DNA of 39,792 nucleotides, from assembly GCA_050015895.1 (NCBI GenBank), contig JBEKAN010000002.1, positions 1 through 39,792 of the forward strand. Reading direction: 5' to 3'. Both the position numbers and the translations under genes were made by a program. The first letter of the stretch is position 1, and each line of letters begins with the position of its first letter. This DNA comes from Verrucomicrobiota bacterium. Its GTDB lineage: Bacteria; Verrucomicrobiota; Verrucomicrobiia; Limisphaerales; Palsa-1400. This document shows positions 21,791 through 30,625 of this stretch, piece after piece. Under the pieces are notes generated by a model, which saw only the letters and a program-made list of their open reading frames with translations, was not told the DNA's origin and ran no database searches.

Positions 21791-24058
21791 TCATCTGGCG
21801 GATGCGGAGTTGTTGGTCGGGGGCGGGGCGAGATCTAGCTGGCCCAGACGGCGGAGATCGTCGAGGGCGGACGACAAGGACGGCAGGTCGCGCCTGGCGG
21901 ACTCGGAGTCGGAGGCGCCGGTGTTGCCCAGCATCGTCAGACGGGCGGCGGCGGACAATTCGAAAGCCGGGTGGCTGTTGTACCAGAAGTTGCCCGCCAA
22001 AATCATCTGCGCGGGTCGCGCGCCGGAGAGCCGGATTTTCATTTCCGCGGGGAGGCAATAAAACAGGCTCTGCCCGCAATAGATTTGCCCGGAATAGCCC
22101 AGAATATCGAAGAGCGGCTCCTGGGTGGACATTTGCAACTTGGGCGCTTCGATGGTGACGCGGCCCGCGGGCTGGCCGGCGTCGCCCCGCAGGTCCGCGA
22201 TCTGGTCGCTTGATTCGACGTAAAAATCACTCATCACCACCGAGTTGTTGTCGCGCACGCGCAGCGCCGGACGGGTCACAGTGGCCAGCCGGGTGAGGAA
22301 ACCGGTCAGCCCGTCCCGCGCCGCGCCGGCGCCCTCGATGGTGACTGTGCCCTCGTAGGAGGTCCGAAAGAGCAGGTTGGCGGCGGCGCAGTCGGTGATC
22401 CTGAGATTGCCCTGCACATGCCGGGCGTCCACAAAACTCCCGGCGGCGAGATGATCGAAATGGATGCCGTGCGTGTCGGGGGCCTTGTCGTACATCCCAA
22501 ACGCGTAAACGCCGTCCAGAACCAACTGGCAGGGTTTCCCAGACGGTGAAGCGACCAGGATGTCGTCCCCGTGGTTCATGGGTCCAAGATCGTGGTGGCC
22601 GACCTCGAAGTTGGCCAGCGTCACATTTTGCGCGTCGGAGACCGCAAGGAGCGGCTCCCCGGCTTTGCCCCGCCAGACCAGCCCGCAGCGAAACCCGCTG
22701 CCCTCAAACGTGTAGTCCCCGCCGGTGATGGAGAGCGCGCGCGACACCACGTAGCGGCCCGTCGCCAGATAGGCGGTCGCGCCGCGGCCATATTGCCGCG
22801 CGGCGTTGATGGCGGATTGGATGGCGGCGGAGTCGTCGGTCCGCTCGTCGCCTTTGGCGCCGAAGTCGCGCACGGCGTCAAACACTTTCTGCGGGACGGC
22901 AAGCGATGCTTGGAGAAAGTGCTGGCTGGCGGCGGTCACAACTCCCCTTCCCTGTCCGGCTGGAACCACATAGAGGTTGTCGGGACTCATTCCCCCCACC
23001 AAGCGATCAGGCGAAGCCGGCTGGTTGTGGCTGATGAGAAGCTTCTGTTTGGAATTGGTGGATTTGACGGGAATGGCGCTGGGCGGCGTTGCGGCGGCGG
23101 AGCCGGAAACACCGGGGGACTGGGCGGGGGTGAACACGCTGTCGAAAATGAGCGCGGGACTGCCGTCCAGGAGGATGGCGGCGTCCTTGCCGGTCCAATT
23201 GGCGACGTTGCAATCCTGCACGGTCAGGGGGGCGATGGTGTTGCGCTCCAGGACGAAACACTTGGAGCCGACGGAGGTGCAGCGGCGGATGGAACAGCCA
23301 TGCTCGGCTTCGATGATGAAATCGGCCAGGCGGCTGTTTTCGAAATGGGAGTTCCGCGCGTAGAAGTTGGATTTGTGGGAGATGACGCCGGTGCCGCAGC
23401 CGCGAAACTCGCACTGGTCAATGGTATTGTCGTAATCGTTGAAGGTGAGGAGGCCGACGGCGGTGCCGCAGTTCTCGAAGAGGCAGTTGTGATAGAGAAT
23501 CTCGGCGGAGGCGATTTTCTGGTCGTGTCCCACCCGGATGCCGAAGTCGGTGAAGTTGCGGAAGGCCTCGCATTCGTGGGTGATTTCGGTTTCGAAGCGC
23601 AGCTTGGCGTCATGATCGAAGCCGACGGCGGCTGTGCCGCGTCCGTCCCAGCTCAAACCGACGTAGCGGCTGTAGGCGATGCCATCGCTCCAGAACATGC
23701 GCCCGCCCGCCGGGCCGTTCCAGACCAGGCGTGTCTGGCTGCCGTGGCCGACGACCGCCGAACCGGTGCCCGGCCCGTGGAAGACGAGGGTTTGGGTGAT
23801 GCGATAGACGCCCGGCGGCAGATAGACGGTGATCCCGTTGGCGCCGCGGTTGAGGGCGGTTTGGAGGGCCTGGGTGTCGTCGGCCTTGCCGTCGCCGAGG
23901 GCGGGAGGGTGGATGTCTTTCTGGACGTTGATCCAGTCGGAGCGCGGCTGCCAGTCCAGGCGGGGGATGTCCAGCGCGGCGGCGGGGGAGGAGAAGCAAA
24001 GGGCGGCGGACGCCAATGCGCCCAGAAGCAGGGGCGTGATGTTGCGCGTTTTCAACAC
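21791..24058 (-). CDS. Secreted protein with two tandem right-handed beta-helix (Pectate_lyase_3-type) domains, a GH55-like architecture; probable glycan hydrolase, lyase or epimerase
   Basis: GTG start at 24058, 6 nt after the upstream GT4 stop. Signal peptide MLKTRNITPLLLGALASAALCFSSPAAA. Two copies of the beta-helix N-cap motif: GDGKADDTQALQTALNRGANGITVYLPPGVYRITQTLVF and AKGDERTDDSAAIQSAINAARQYGRGATAYLATGRYVVSRALSI. Confidence 0.65.
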   Translation of the reverse strand: MLKTRNITPLLLGALASAALCFSSPAAALDIPRLDWQPRSDWINVQKDIHPPALGDGKADDTQALQTALNRGANGITVYLPPGVYRITQTLVFHGPGTGSAVVGHGSQTRLVWNGPAGGRMFWSDGIAYSRYVGLSWDGRGTAAVGFDHDAKLRFETEITHECEAFRNFTDFGIRVGHDQKIASAEILYHNCLFENCGTAVGLLTFNDYDNTIDQCEFRGCGTGVISHKSNFYARNSHFENSRLADFIIEAEHGCSIRRCTSVGSKCFVLERNTIAPLTVQDCNVANWTGKDAAILLDGSPALIFDSVFTPAQSPGVSGSAAATPPSAIPVKSTNSKQKLLISHNQPASPDRLVGGMSPDNLYVVPAGQGRGVVTAASQHFLQASLAVPQKVFDAVRDFGAKGDERTDDSAAIQSAINAARQYGRGATAYLATGRYVVSRALSITGGDYTFEGSGFRCGLVWRGKAGEPLLAVSDAQNVTLANFEVGHHDLGPMNHGDDILVASPSGKPCQLVLDGVYAFGMYDKAPDTHGIHFDHLAAGSFVDARHVQGNLRITDCAAANLLFRTSYEGTVTIEGAGAARDGLTGFLTRLATVTRPALRVRDNNSVVMSDFYVESSDQIADLRGDAGQPAGRVTIEAPKLQMSTQEPLFDILGYSGQIYCGQSLFYCLPAEMKIRLSGARPAQMILAGNFWYNSHPAFELSAAARLTMLGNTGASDSESARRDLPSLSSALDDLRRLGQLDLAPPPTNNSASAR

Positions 24059-24064
24059 AGCTTC

Positions 24065-25375
24065 TCAGATTTGTTGGAGCAGGGCGGCCACGACTTTGGC
24101 GGCGTGTTCGGCGGACTGCTCGCGGGAGAGTTCGAGGGAACGGGCGCCAAATTTTTGCCGAAGCAAATCATCGTCCAGCAGGCAGGCGATGCGCGCCGCC
24201 AGCTCCTGGATGTCGCCGCAAGGGTAAACAAAGCCATTCTCACCGGGGCGCAAGATGTCGTGCGCCCCCCACACGCCGCAAAAATGACTGACGACAACCG
24301 GGAGGCCGCACATGGCGAACTCTGTGGTCACCAGCGGGTGAGGGTCCCATTCCGAAGGCATGACGGCCAGATCGGCCAGCAGCATGTGACAGGGAATCTG
24401 GCTTTGATTGACAAAGCCGGTGACGCGGACGCGGTCCTGCGCACGGAGGGACTGACGAAGCGCGGCCTCCAACTCGCCAGAGCCGATGAGCAGGGCATAG
24501 ACATTGTTGCGATTGAGGAGGCGGAGAGCCTCAATGAGGTCCTGCGGCCGTTTGATCCCGATCAATTTGCCACAAAACGCGACCACGCGGGCCTCGGCGG
24601 GGATTTGGTATTTCTGGCGCAGTTCGGCGAGCCGGGAGGGGAGATCCGGGTCATTCCGGGCGGTTTCATAGCGGTTCATGTCCACCGGCAGCGGACACCA
24701 CGCCAGCCGTTTCTCGCCGACGCCAAACTCGATGTAGCTCTCGCGGTTTTTGTCCCCGGCCACGAGAAACTTGTCCACACCGGCCAGGAAGAGACCCAAG
24801 GCCAAACTCCGCGCGGCGCGCTTGAGCAAGGCGGACCGCTTGCGCCGGACATCCAAAATGTTGGTGTCCGATTGATAAAACAACTTTGACTTGAACAGGC
24901 GCGAGCAGGCGAGAACGAGCCAGTTGGAGGGGCTGATATAGCCGGAGACAAAGACCGCGTCGAACCGCTCCCGAAAGAAGGCGCCGATTACGCCGGGATT
25001 GAGCTGGCGAAACTGGTTCACCCGCCCGCCGCGCAGCAGATTTGGAAGGATCACGCTTTGGGTGCCACCCAGCAAGTCCACATCCCAGGCCACGGCGTTT
25101 CCATAGCCGGGATCGAACATGCGGCCTAGCGAGCCGGGATCGTAATAATAGATCTTCACGTCCAGATCCTTCATGTGCGCCAAGTGCCAGAACATGGCGG
25201 AATGGTGCTGGGTGGGATGGGTGAAGAAGACGCCCAGTTTGGGCCGGCACGGAGTTGAGGGCGGCTGTTGGCTCCGTTCCGTCCCTGGATTTTCTTTGAA
25301 TGGCTGCATTTTAGCTTTTATGGTGGCCACTGCTGATTCAATTCTCCTCAAGCTCAAGCACGAGCCTGGTCCCAC
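24065..25375 (-). CDS. GT4-family (glycosyl transferases group 1) glycosyltransferase
   Basis: The C-terminal half matches the GT-B/GT4 pattern: FCGKLIGIKRPQDLIEALRLL, LLIGSGELEAALRQ, VRVTGFVNQSQIP, ADLAVMPSEWDPHPLVTTEFAMCGLPVVVS, ILRPGENGFVY. The start is uncertain (ATG at 25375 or ATG at 25309). Confidence 0.8.
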   Translation of the reverse strand: MGPGSCLSLRRIESAVATIKAKMQPFKENPGTERSQQPPSTPCRPKLGVFFTHPTQHHSAMFWHLAHMKDLDVKIYYYDPGSLGRMFDPGYGNAVAWDVDLLGGTQSVILPNLLRGGRVNQFRQLNPGVIGAFFRERFDAVFVSGYISPSNWLVLACSRLFKSKLFYQSDTNILDVRRKRSALLKRAARSLALGLFLAGVDKFLVAGDKNRESYIEFGVGEKRLAWCPLPVDMNRYETARNDPDLPSRLAELRQKYQIPAEARVVAFCGKLIGIKRPQDLIEALRLLNRNNVYALLIGSGELEAALRQSLRAQDRVRVTGFVNQSQIPCHMLLADLAVMPSEWDPHPLVTTEFAMCGLPVVVSHFCGVWGAHDILRPGENGFVYPCGDIQELAARIACLLDDDLLRQKFGARSLELSREQSAEHAAKVVAALLQQI

Positions 25376-25668
25376 CTTTTGCCGGCAACAAGAGGTTTCG
25401 CCTCTGGTTTGTCAGCCGTCCAACTACTCCAAATTGACGGAAATGGGTTCGTTTTCCCACTTGTCGGCATCATTAAAATCTCCATAAGTGCCTCACTTTG
25501 AACGGCTTTTGAATCTTTCGATTTGGGTTCGTTTTGCAAAAAACACTTTCTTTGATCAAACTCTCTCCGAACCCTCCATCGTGAGGGGCGGCGGAGCGTG
25601 GGACACATAGGTCTCAGCCACTTGCGGCCCCACCGCCCCGCCGCACCGCCTCCAAGCCGTTCCGTCCG

Positions 25669-26478
25669 CTATGCTTGAATTTGGTCGGGCTCTCGATGGG
25701 TCTCGGAAAGGCCACCCGATTTGCTTTCGCTCGGCGATAGGCTAAAAACGGATTTGACGGTTTTCAAGAGGCTGGTGGACCTGGTCTCCCGAAATGTTCC
25801 TTCGACTGGATCTGGATTCGGCCCGTTGTGGCGGGCCAACTGCCTCTTCTCAACCTGGACGTCTTCACCGTCAGCGATATCCTCGTCAATGAATGCGCCC
25901 GGTGCAATGACCACATTTTCCCCGATATGCACGTTTGGTTGAACCTGAGCGCCATTGCCGATGTATGAACATTCACCGATCTCCGCCCCACAGCCGACAA
26001 ATGACCCTGCTCCCAATTGCGCATGGGAACGAATTCGGCAGTGGCTTTCCACTAGCGCGCCGATGTTCACCGTCACATTGTCATCGAGAACCGACTTCGT
26101 GCTGACGACGCTTCCCGCCAAAATGCAGGCTCCCCGCCCGATCTTCGCCGTCCGGGAAACCATCGCCTTCGGGTGGATGATTCCCAGCGGTTTTAGGCCG
26201 CAAGCAATCGCGTGATTGAAGAGCGCGCGTTTCTTTTCGCGCGTGCGCGGGGAGTTGAGGCCCATGAAGAAATCCTGTATGTTTTGCTCCTTTGCACATC
26301 GTTGAATCCATTCCGACGATGAATCAACGGACATAACGCAGATCTCCCCCACCATTCTAATTTGAATCGAGTCGTCGTCGTTCAGCACGACCGACACATC
26401 GAAAGCCCCGGCGCTTTCGATCAATTCCATCAAAACCGCCGCATGAGCCTCGGCCCCAAGACCAATAATTCGTTTCAT
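25669..26478 (-). CDS. NeuD/PglD-like sugar N/O-acetyltransferase (Rossmann-like N-domain plus left-handed beta-helix hexapeptide repeats) with an approximately 60-aa C-terminal tail
   Basis: Start ATG at 26478 (MKRIIGLGAEAHAAVLMELIESAG). Hexapeptide repeats: AKIGRGACILAGSVVSTKSVLDDNVTVNIGALVESHCRIRSHAQLGAGSFVGCGAEIGECSYIGNGAQVQPNVHIGENVVIAPGAFI. GC is lower than in the flanking genes. Confidence 0.8.
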   Translation of the reverse strand: MKRIIGLGAEAHAAVLMELIESAGAFDVSVVLNDDDSIQIRMVGEICVMSVDSSSEWIQRCAKEQNIQDFFMGLNSPRTREKKRALFNHAIACGLKPLGIIHPKAMVSRTAKIGRGACILAGSVVSTKSVLDDNVTVNIGALVESHCRIRSHAQLGAGSFVGCGAEIGECSYIGNGAQVQPNVHIGENVVIAPGAFIDEDIADGEDVQVEKRQLARHNGPNPDPVEGTFRETRSTSLLKTVKSVFSLSPSESKSGGLSETHREPDQIQA

Positions 26479-26603
26479 ATATGATTTAATAGTTGTACGT
26501 GAATGTTGACGAGGCCACCCTCTGGGCTGGCCCCGGTGATCATCGGCGCGACACACATCGCATCCTTCACGCTCGCAATTGGATCATACTTTTTGAAAAG
26601 TTC

Positions 26604-26620
26604 CTTCCCACGGTGGGAAG
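26604..26620 (-). terminator. Stem-loop CTTCCCA-CGG-TGGGAAG followed on the minus strand by CTTTTCAAAAAG (weak intrinsic-terminator candidate)
   Basis: A 7-bp perfect stem with a 3-nt loop, read directly. It sits in the AT-rich spacer between the upstream operon segment and the NeuD-like gene. The T tract is short. Confidence 0.3.
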
Positions 26621-26624
26621 CAAC

Positions 26625-26849
26625 TCAACTTTTCTTTGTAACACGCATCTGCCTGACTGACAGGCTCTTACGTGCCATTTGTATAGTAAAAGAATTACCT
26701 GGACGCAAAAATAATTTTGCCAACATGCCTGTTTTTCTTCCAAACAGGCTCCATTTCGGGGTCAAATTCTCGCAGAAAGCCTCGTTCATGAGCTTGAGGC
26801 CTTCCAGTTCCGATTCTTCATTCTCTGTAAACGCCTCATGCAGAGCCAC
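26625..26849 (-). CDS. Hypothetical small protein (74 aa), doubtful
   Basis: An ATG lies 12 nt downstream of the CgeB-like stop. The N-terminus is acidic (MALHEAFTENEESELEGLKLMNEAF), I recognise no family, and the composition is atypically low in GC. It may be non-coding spacer. Confidence 0.2.
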   Translation of the reverse strand: MALHEAFTENEESELEGLKLMNEAFCENLTPKWSLFGRKTGMLAKLFLRPGNSFTIQMARKSLSVRQMRVTKKS

Positions 26850-26861
26850 TTAGCTTCGAAA

Positions 26862-27953
26862 TCAAGAGGGTGTTGGGCGGGCGGCGAAGTAATGGTCCAT
26901 GATGGTTCGGGCGCGATGATCCCAGCTATGGGCCTGCTCCACCACGGCGCGACCGCGTTCGGCGATGGCGCGGCGGCGGGGTTCGTCCTTGAGGAGCAGG
27001 TCAATTTTGCCGACCAGTTCGTCAATTCCTTCGAAGCAGACGCAACTCTCGTCTTCGCGGTAGATTGCAAGCAAATCGCGGGTGCGCTCGTGCAGCATGG
27101 ACCCCCCGCAGGCGGGAATCTCGAAGGTGCGCATGGTGATCTCATCGCCGCTGGAGGAGCCGGGGATGGCTTCCTGCAAAAGGCCCAGGTTGATGGTGGA
27201 GGCGCAGATGGCCACGGGGAATTGCATGCCGAACACGCCCCGGAACACGGCGAATTTGCGCAACGGGGATTGCGGGGCGAGATTTTGCCACGCATCGCCC
27301 CAGACTTTCAACTTGAGATTGGGCCGGCGGCGCGCCAATTCCTCGAGAATCGCCGCCTTTTTGGGGGACCAGCGGCCAATGAATGAGACCTCGCAGCCGT
27401 AGGCGGCCAAATCCTCCCGGCTCAATTGGCGGGGGCGGTGGATTTCCGGCCCGTAGGCGTGCATGAGATAGCTGCTGCGCTCCACGCCCAGGCTGGTTTT
27501 GAGGTCTTTGGGGCCAAAGGATTTGGAGAAGAAAATCCAATCATACTCCCGGGCGGCTTGCGGCAGATACGGGCCAAAGGCGGTGAAGGACAAATCGGGG
27601 AAGAAGTTGTAGAGACGCGCGCCGGAGACGCGCATGGCGCGGAGGGTCCCGGCCTGGATGAACCGGCCCTTGACCGCCAAAAAGAGATGCGGTTTCAAGG
27701 AGAGGGTGAGCTGGAGCAGGGCGCGATTGAACTCGCGCACGCCCAAGGGCCGGAGGGCCTTGGCGGCGGCGCGCATGAAAAAGGAGTGGTAGGAGAGCGG
27801 AATGAAGTCGCTCTCGGAGATGGAACCCACCACGCAACCGGCGCGGAGCAAGGCGTTGAAAGCGCTCGTTGCGACGCCGCCCAACACAACATCCGTCGGC
27901 ACCAGAACTCGAAGTTCGGAATAATCTCTCGTGGATGTCATTTCTTGACTCAT
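26862..27953 (-). CDS. CgeB-family glycosyltransferase (DUF3880 plus Glyco_trans_1_2-like)
   Basis: The ATG at 27953 shares one base with the upstream stop (TGATG). Motifs: SFIGRWSPKKAAILEELARRRPNLKLKVWGDAW, INLGLLQE, DEITMRTFEIPACGGSMLHERT, IDELVGKIDLLLKDEPRRRAIAERGRAVV. The 133-aa N-terminal extension of the tracked ORF is an Arg-rich overlap with the GT9 gene. Confidence 0.75.
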   Translation of the reverse strand: MSQEMTSTRDYSELRVLVPTDVVLGGVATSAFNALLRAGCVVGSISESDFIPLSYHSFFMRAAAKALRPLGVREFNRALLQLTLSLKPHLFLAVKGRFIQAGTLRAMRVSGARLYNFFPDLSFTAFGPYLPQAAREYDWIFFSKSFGPKDLKTSLGVERSSYLMHAYGPEIHRPRQLSREDLAAYGCEVSFIGRWSPKKAAILEELARRRPNLKLKVWGDAWQNLAPQSPLRKFAVFRGVFGMQFPVAICASTINLGLLQEAIPGSSSGDEITMRTFEIPACGGSMLHERTRDLLAIYREDESCVCFEGIDELVGKIDLLLKDEPRRRAIAERGRAVVEQAHSWDHRARTIMDHYFAARPTPS

Positions 27954-29038
27954 CAGCTTATGGGGAGCTTCTCGCGCAACACGTCCTGGCACCCGGCGAG
28001 TACCTGTTTGACGGTGATGCGTTGCAGGCATTCGTTGCCATGCTCCACGCAGTCGACCAGGGCGCACCCTTCGCAGGCGATTTCGGAGCGGAAAACGCGA
28101 TGTCCCGCTCCGTATGGATACCACATCCCCGGCCACTCCCTCGCGGAGAAAACGGCCATACAAGGAGTTCCTACCGCTGCGGCCAGATGCATGGTCCCGG
28201 TGTCGTTTCCCAAGAAGAGGACGCATCTTTTCAACGCGGCGGCGGCGGGCAGAAGCCCCAAGGGACCTGCGGCGTTGTATCCCCTCCCCCAAGCCGTGAT
28301 CAGTTGCCGGCCGATTCGGGCCTCCTCCCGCGCGCCAAAAATGACCGGCCACAAGTCGAATTCTTGAATCAGAGCTTTGACGACCCTCTCATAGCGGTCC
28401 ACGGGCCAGCGTTTGGCGGGCATTTTGGAGCCTGGGCCGACGGCGAGCCACCGTCTGCCGCCATCTGGAGGAAGCCCGGCCACCCAGTCCGCGAGGGCTC
28501 TTTCCTCTGCGGGGCCAAGACCAAGGCTCATGCAACCCATGCCAGCCGCGGGCACAGGAATGCCGTCCTTGCGCAACCGCGCCAACAGCAGATCCGCCTC
28601 CGCCGCCGTGGCGCCCAGCGGTTGTCCGTCCAACTTCGCCGGCAGGGACGGGAAGTCGTTCATTCCGAGCAACCGCGCGATTCCCGCCGCGCGAAAAAAC
28701 CGGCGGTCCCGCTTGATTTGGACTCCGCTGCGAATGCTGGGAGCCAGGTACGCCAAGGTGTCGAAACGACGCCGGCGCAAATTCACGAGGAGCGCGCACA
28801 TCCTGAGAGTTTGCGCGAGCCCGCGCCGACCGCCTCCCGCAGTGGGATAGGAAATGAAATGATCGAAGATTCCGCTTCCGCGCAGGACATCTGCGGCGGG
28901 GACATAATCGCGCCCCGCTTGTTGGTCGCAGAGCAACGTCATGGCCGCATCGGGAAAATGGCGGCGGACCGCCCATAAGGCTGGGAGAGCGGCGATGGTG
29001 TCGCCCAATTGCCCGATGTGAAAGACAAGAATGCGCAT
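27953..29038 (-). CDS. GT9-family glycosyltransferase (heptosyltransferase-like)
   Basis: Start ATG at 29038. MRILVFHIGQLGDTIAALPALWAVRRHFPDAAMTLLCD is the classic GT9 N-terminus. Further motifs: AVGPGSKMPAKRWP and LFLGNDTGTMHLAAAVGTPCMAVFS. Confidence 0.85.
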   Translation of the reverse strand: MRILVFHIGQLGDTIAALPALWAVRRHFPDAAMTLLCDQQAGRDYVPAADVLRGSGIFDHFISYPTAGGGRRGLAQTLRMCALLVNLRRRRFDTLAYLAPSIRSGVQIKRDRRFFRAAGIARLLGMNDFPSLPAKLDGQPLGATAAEADLLLARLRKDGIPVPAAGMGCMSLGLGPAEERALADWVAGLPPDGGRRWLAVGPGSKMPAKRWPVDRYERVVKALIQEFDLWPVIFGAREEARIGRQLITAWGRGYNAAGPLGLLPAAAALKRCVLFLGNDTGTMHLAAAVGTPCMAVFSAREWPGMWYPYGAGHRVFRSEIACEGCALVDCVEHGNECLQRITVKQVLAGCQDVLREKLPIS

Positions 29039-29063
29039 GGCGAAGACGATTTTCCCAGGCCCG

Positions 29064-29642
29064 CTAGGCCCGGATGACGCGCATCTTGGCCACGATTGCT
29101 GGAATTCCGTGATAAATGCCATACGGCTCCAAATTGTGGGCGGCGACGGATCCCGCCGTGAGCACGGCGTGGCTGCCAACGACCACGCCCGGCCCGACAA
29201 ACGCATTTGCGCCGATCCATCCACCCTCCTCCACGCGGATGGGCGAGACGATCAGATCGAAAGTGGGCGAGTTGTAATCGTGGTTGCCCGCGCACAAGAA
29301 GGCGCGCTGGGAGATACAAACGCTGCTCGCCAGTGAAATGGGCGCGAGATTCAACAACCAGCATTCCTCGCCCAGCCAGACGTGGTCCCCCACCGTCAGC
29401 TTCCACGGGAAAGTGATTTTGACGCGGGGCTTGATGACGACGCCCCGGCCCATCCGGGCGCCAAAGAGCCGGAGGACAGCGCACTTGAGGGAAGAAAGCT
29501 TGAGCGGAGACAACTGAAAGAGCAGAAGACTGACGACCACCCAGAGCAGTTCGCGGAACCAACCGGCTCCGCGGTCGAGTTGGCCGGGCTTGTAGGCGGC
29601 CAAGTTGACTTTGAGCCGGGGCGCAGGAGCGGGGTCGTTCAT
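29064..29642 (-). CDS. WcaF-like hexapeptide-repeat polysaccharide O-acetyltransferase
   Basis: LLFQLSPLKLSSLKCAVLRLFGARMGRGVVIKPRVKITFPWKLTVGDHVWLGEECWL...ISQRAFLCAGNHDYNSPTFDLIVSPIRVEEGGWIGANAFVGPGVVVGSHAVLTAGSV matches the colanic-acid WcaF-type architecture. Confidence 0.85.
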   Translation of the reverse strand: MNDPAPAPRLKVNLAAYKPGQLDRGAGWFRELLWVVVSLLLFQLSPLKLSSLKCAVLRLFGARMGRGVVIKPRVKITFPWKLTVGDHVWLGEECWLLNLAPISLASSVCISQRAFLCAGNHDYNSPTFDLIVSPIRVEEGGWIGANAFVGPGVVVGSHAVLTAGSVAAHNLEPYGIYHGIPAIVAKMRVIRA

Positions 29643-29660
29643 TTGGACAGGAATATAAAG

Positions 29661-30590
29661 TCAAACGGCGCCGATGGCACGGATGTTCTGTTGGAGGAGT
29701 TCCGGCCATTGCTGTGGCGGGCCAAGCGCAGGCCCCTCGTAATACCTCTCATTGACGGAATCGGGCCGGATGGATTTATGGATATGATCCGGATGCATGA
29801 TCATGGCGCAATCCCCCAGAAACCCACCCCAATACCCGAACGTGCTGCCCGCCGAAGGAATCAAGACCCTGCCGCGGGCCATTCGGAAGATGTCCACGAT
29901 GGCTGTCTGCCGCGAGCCGAGTTCCACCGCCGGAATCGCCAATAATTCGCGCAACTGATCGCGGCTGCCGTCGCTCAAAATCGTAACCGGCAACTGGGAG
30001 CCATGAATTTCCCGGATGCCTTCGATCATTTTGACGAAATAGGCCAAAGGCGTGCGCGTGCCTCCGACCTTGGCAAAATCCTGCCCTGGTTTCAGGATAA
30101 AGAAGTCCCCCATCCGAACTTGAATGCACACTTTGGCCTTTGGGAGCCGCTCCAATTCGCGCCGCCGCGCGGGAGTGAGCATGGAAAACAAAGCGTCCCG
30201 AACCAATTCCCGATGAGGCTTAAGGTCTCCAAAATAGTCCGACCAATGCGAAAGCCGGCGGAACGTATAAATCGTGGGCTGGCTTGGCCCCTCAACGCGC
30301 GACAAGGGAGGATCGTCCACAATCCGCGCCCTTCTCCGGATCGTCACTCGCCTGAACCAATTGACTTCTTTGACACGGCGGAAATAATTCCAATAAAGCC
30401 GCAAATCGCGCCCCTGTAGAATCGGCGCAAGTTGAAACGTGGTCCAGCCAGTGACGACCAGGGGAAGGTCGTTGATTCTGGCGAAAACCATCGCCTTCGC
30501 CCAGACCAACAACTTGTTGCCCAGCCCCGCGTTGGGGAGTCCGGCATGGCAGAATGAAATTCCGCTATTTTTGTCACGCCGCGCGTTCAC
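29661..30590 (-). CDS. GT11-like (alpha-1,2-fucosyltransferase-fold) glycosyltransferase
   Basis: GT11-like motif series: AGLGNKLLVWAKAMVFA (motif I), VCIQVRMGDF (HxRRGDY-like), VTILSDGS, IPSAGSTFGYWGGFLG. Start assigned to GTG 30590, because the ORF-maximal ATG at 30719 would overlap the upstream gene by 94 nt. Confidence 0.5.
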   Translation of the reverse strand: MNARRDKNSGISFCHAGLPNAGLGNKLLVWAKAMVFARINDLPLVVTGWTTFQLAPILQGRDLRLYWNYFRRVKEVNWFRRVTIRRRARIVDDPPLSRVEGPSQPTIYTFRRLSHWSDYFGDLKPHRELVRDALFSMLTPARRRELERLPKAKVCIQVRMGDFFILKPGQDFAKVGGTRTPLAYFVKMIEGIREIHGSQLPVTILSDGSRDQLRELLAIPAVELGSRQTAIVDIFRMARGRVLIPSAGSTFGYWGGFLGDCAMIMHPDHIHKSIRPDSVNERYYEGPALGPPQQWPELLQQNIRAIGAV

Positions 30591-30625
30591 GATATTTGCG
30601 GTTGGATGGAGAAAGTGAGACGAGA

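Noticed and set aside
21445-22158. ORFs 21445..22158 (+), 21585..22079 (-) and 21732..22061 (+) in or near the convergent intergenic region and the 3' end of the beta-helix gene.
   Set aside because: They are Arg-rich, overlap each other and the supported genes, and lack any motif. They are most likely non-coding or shadow frames.
22571-24889. A 772-aa plus-strand ORF opposite the beta-helix and GT4 genes.
   Set aside because: It is a Gly/Ala/Asp/Val-rich antisense shadow with no recognisable motifs. The minus-strand genes have clear family signatures and operon-consistent spacing.
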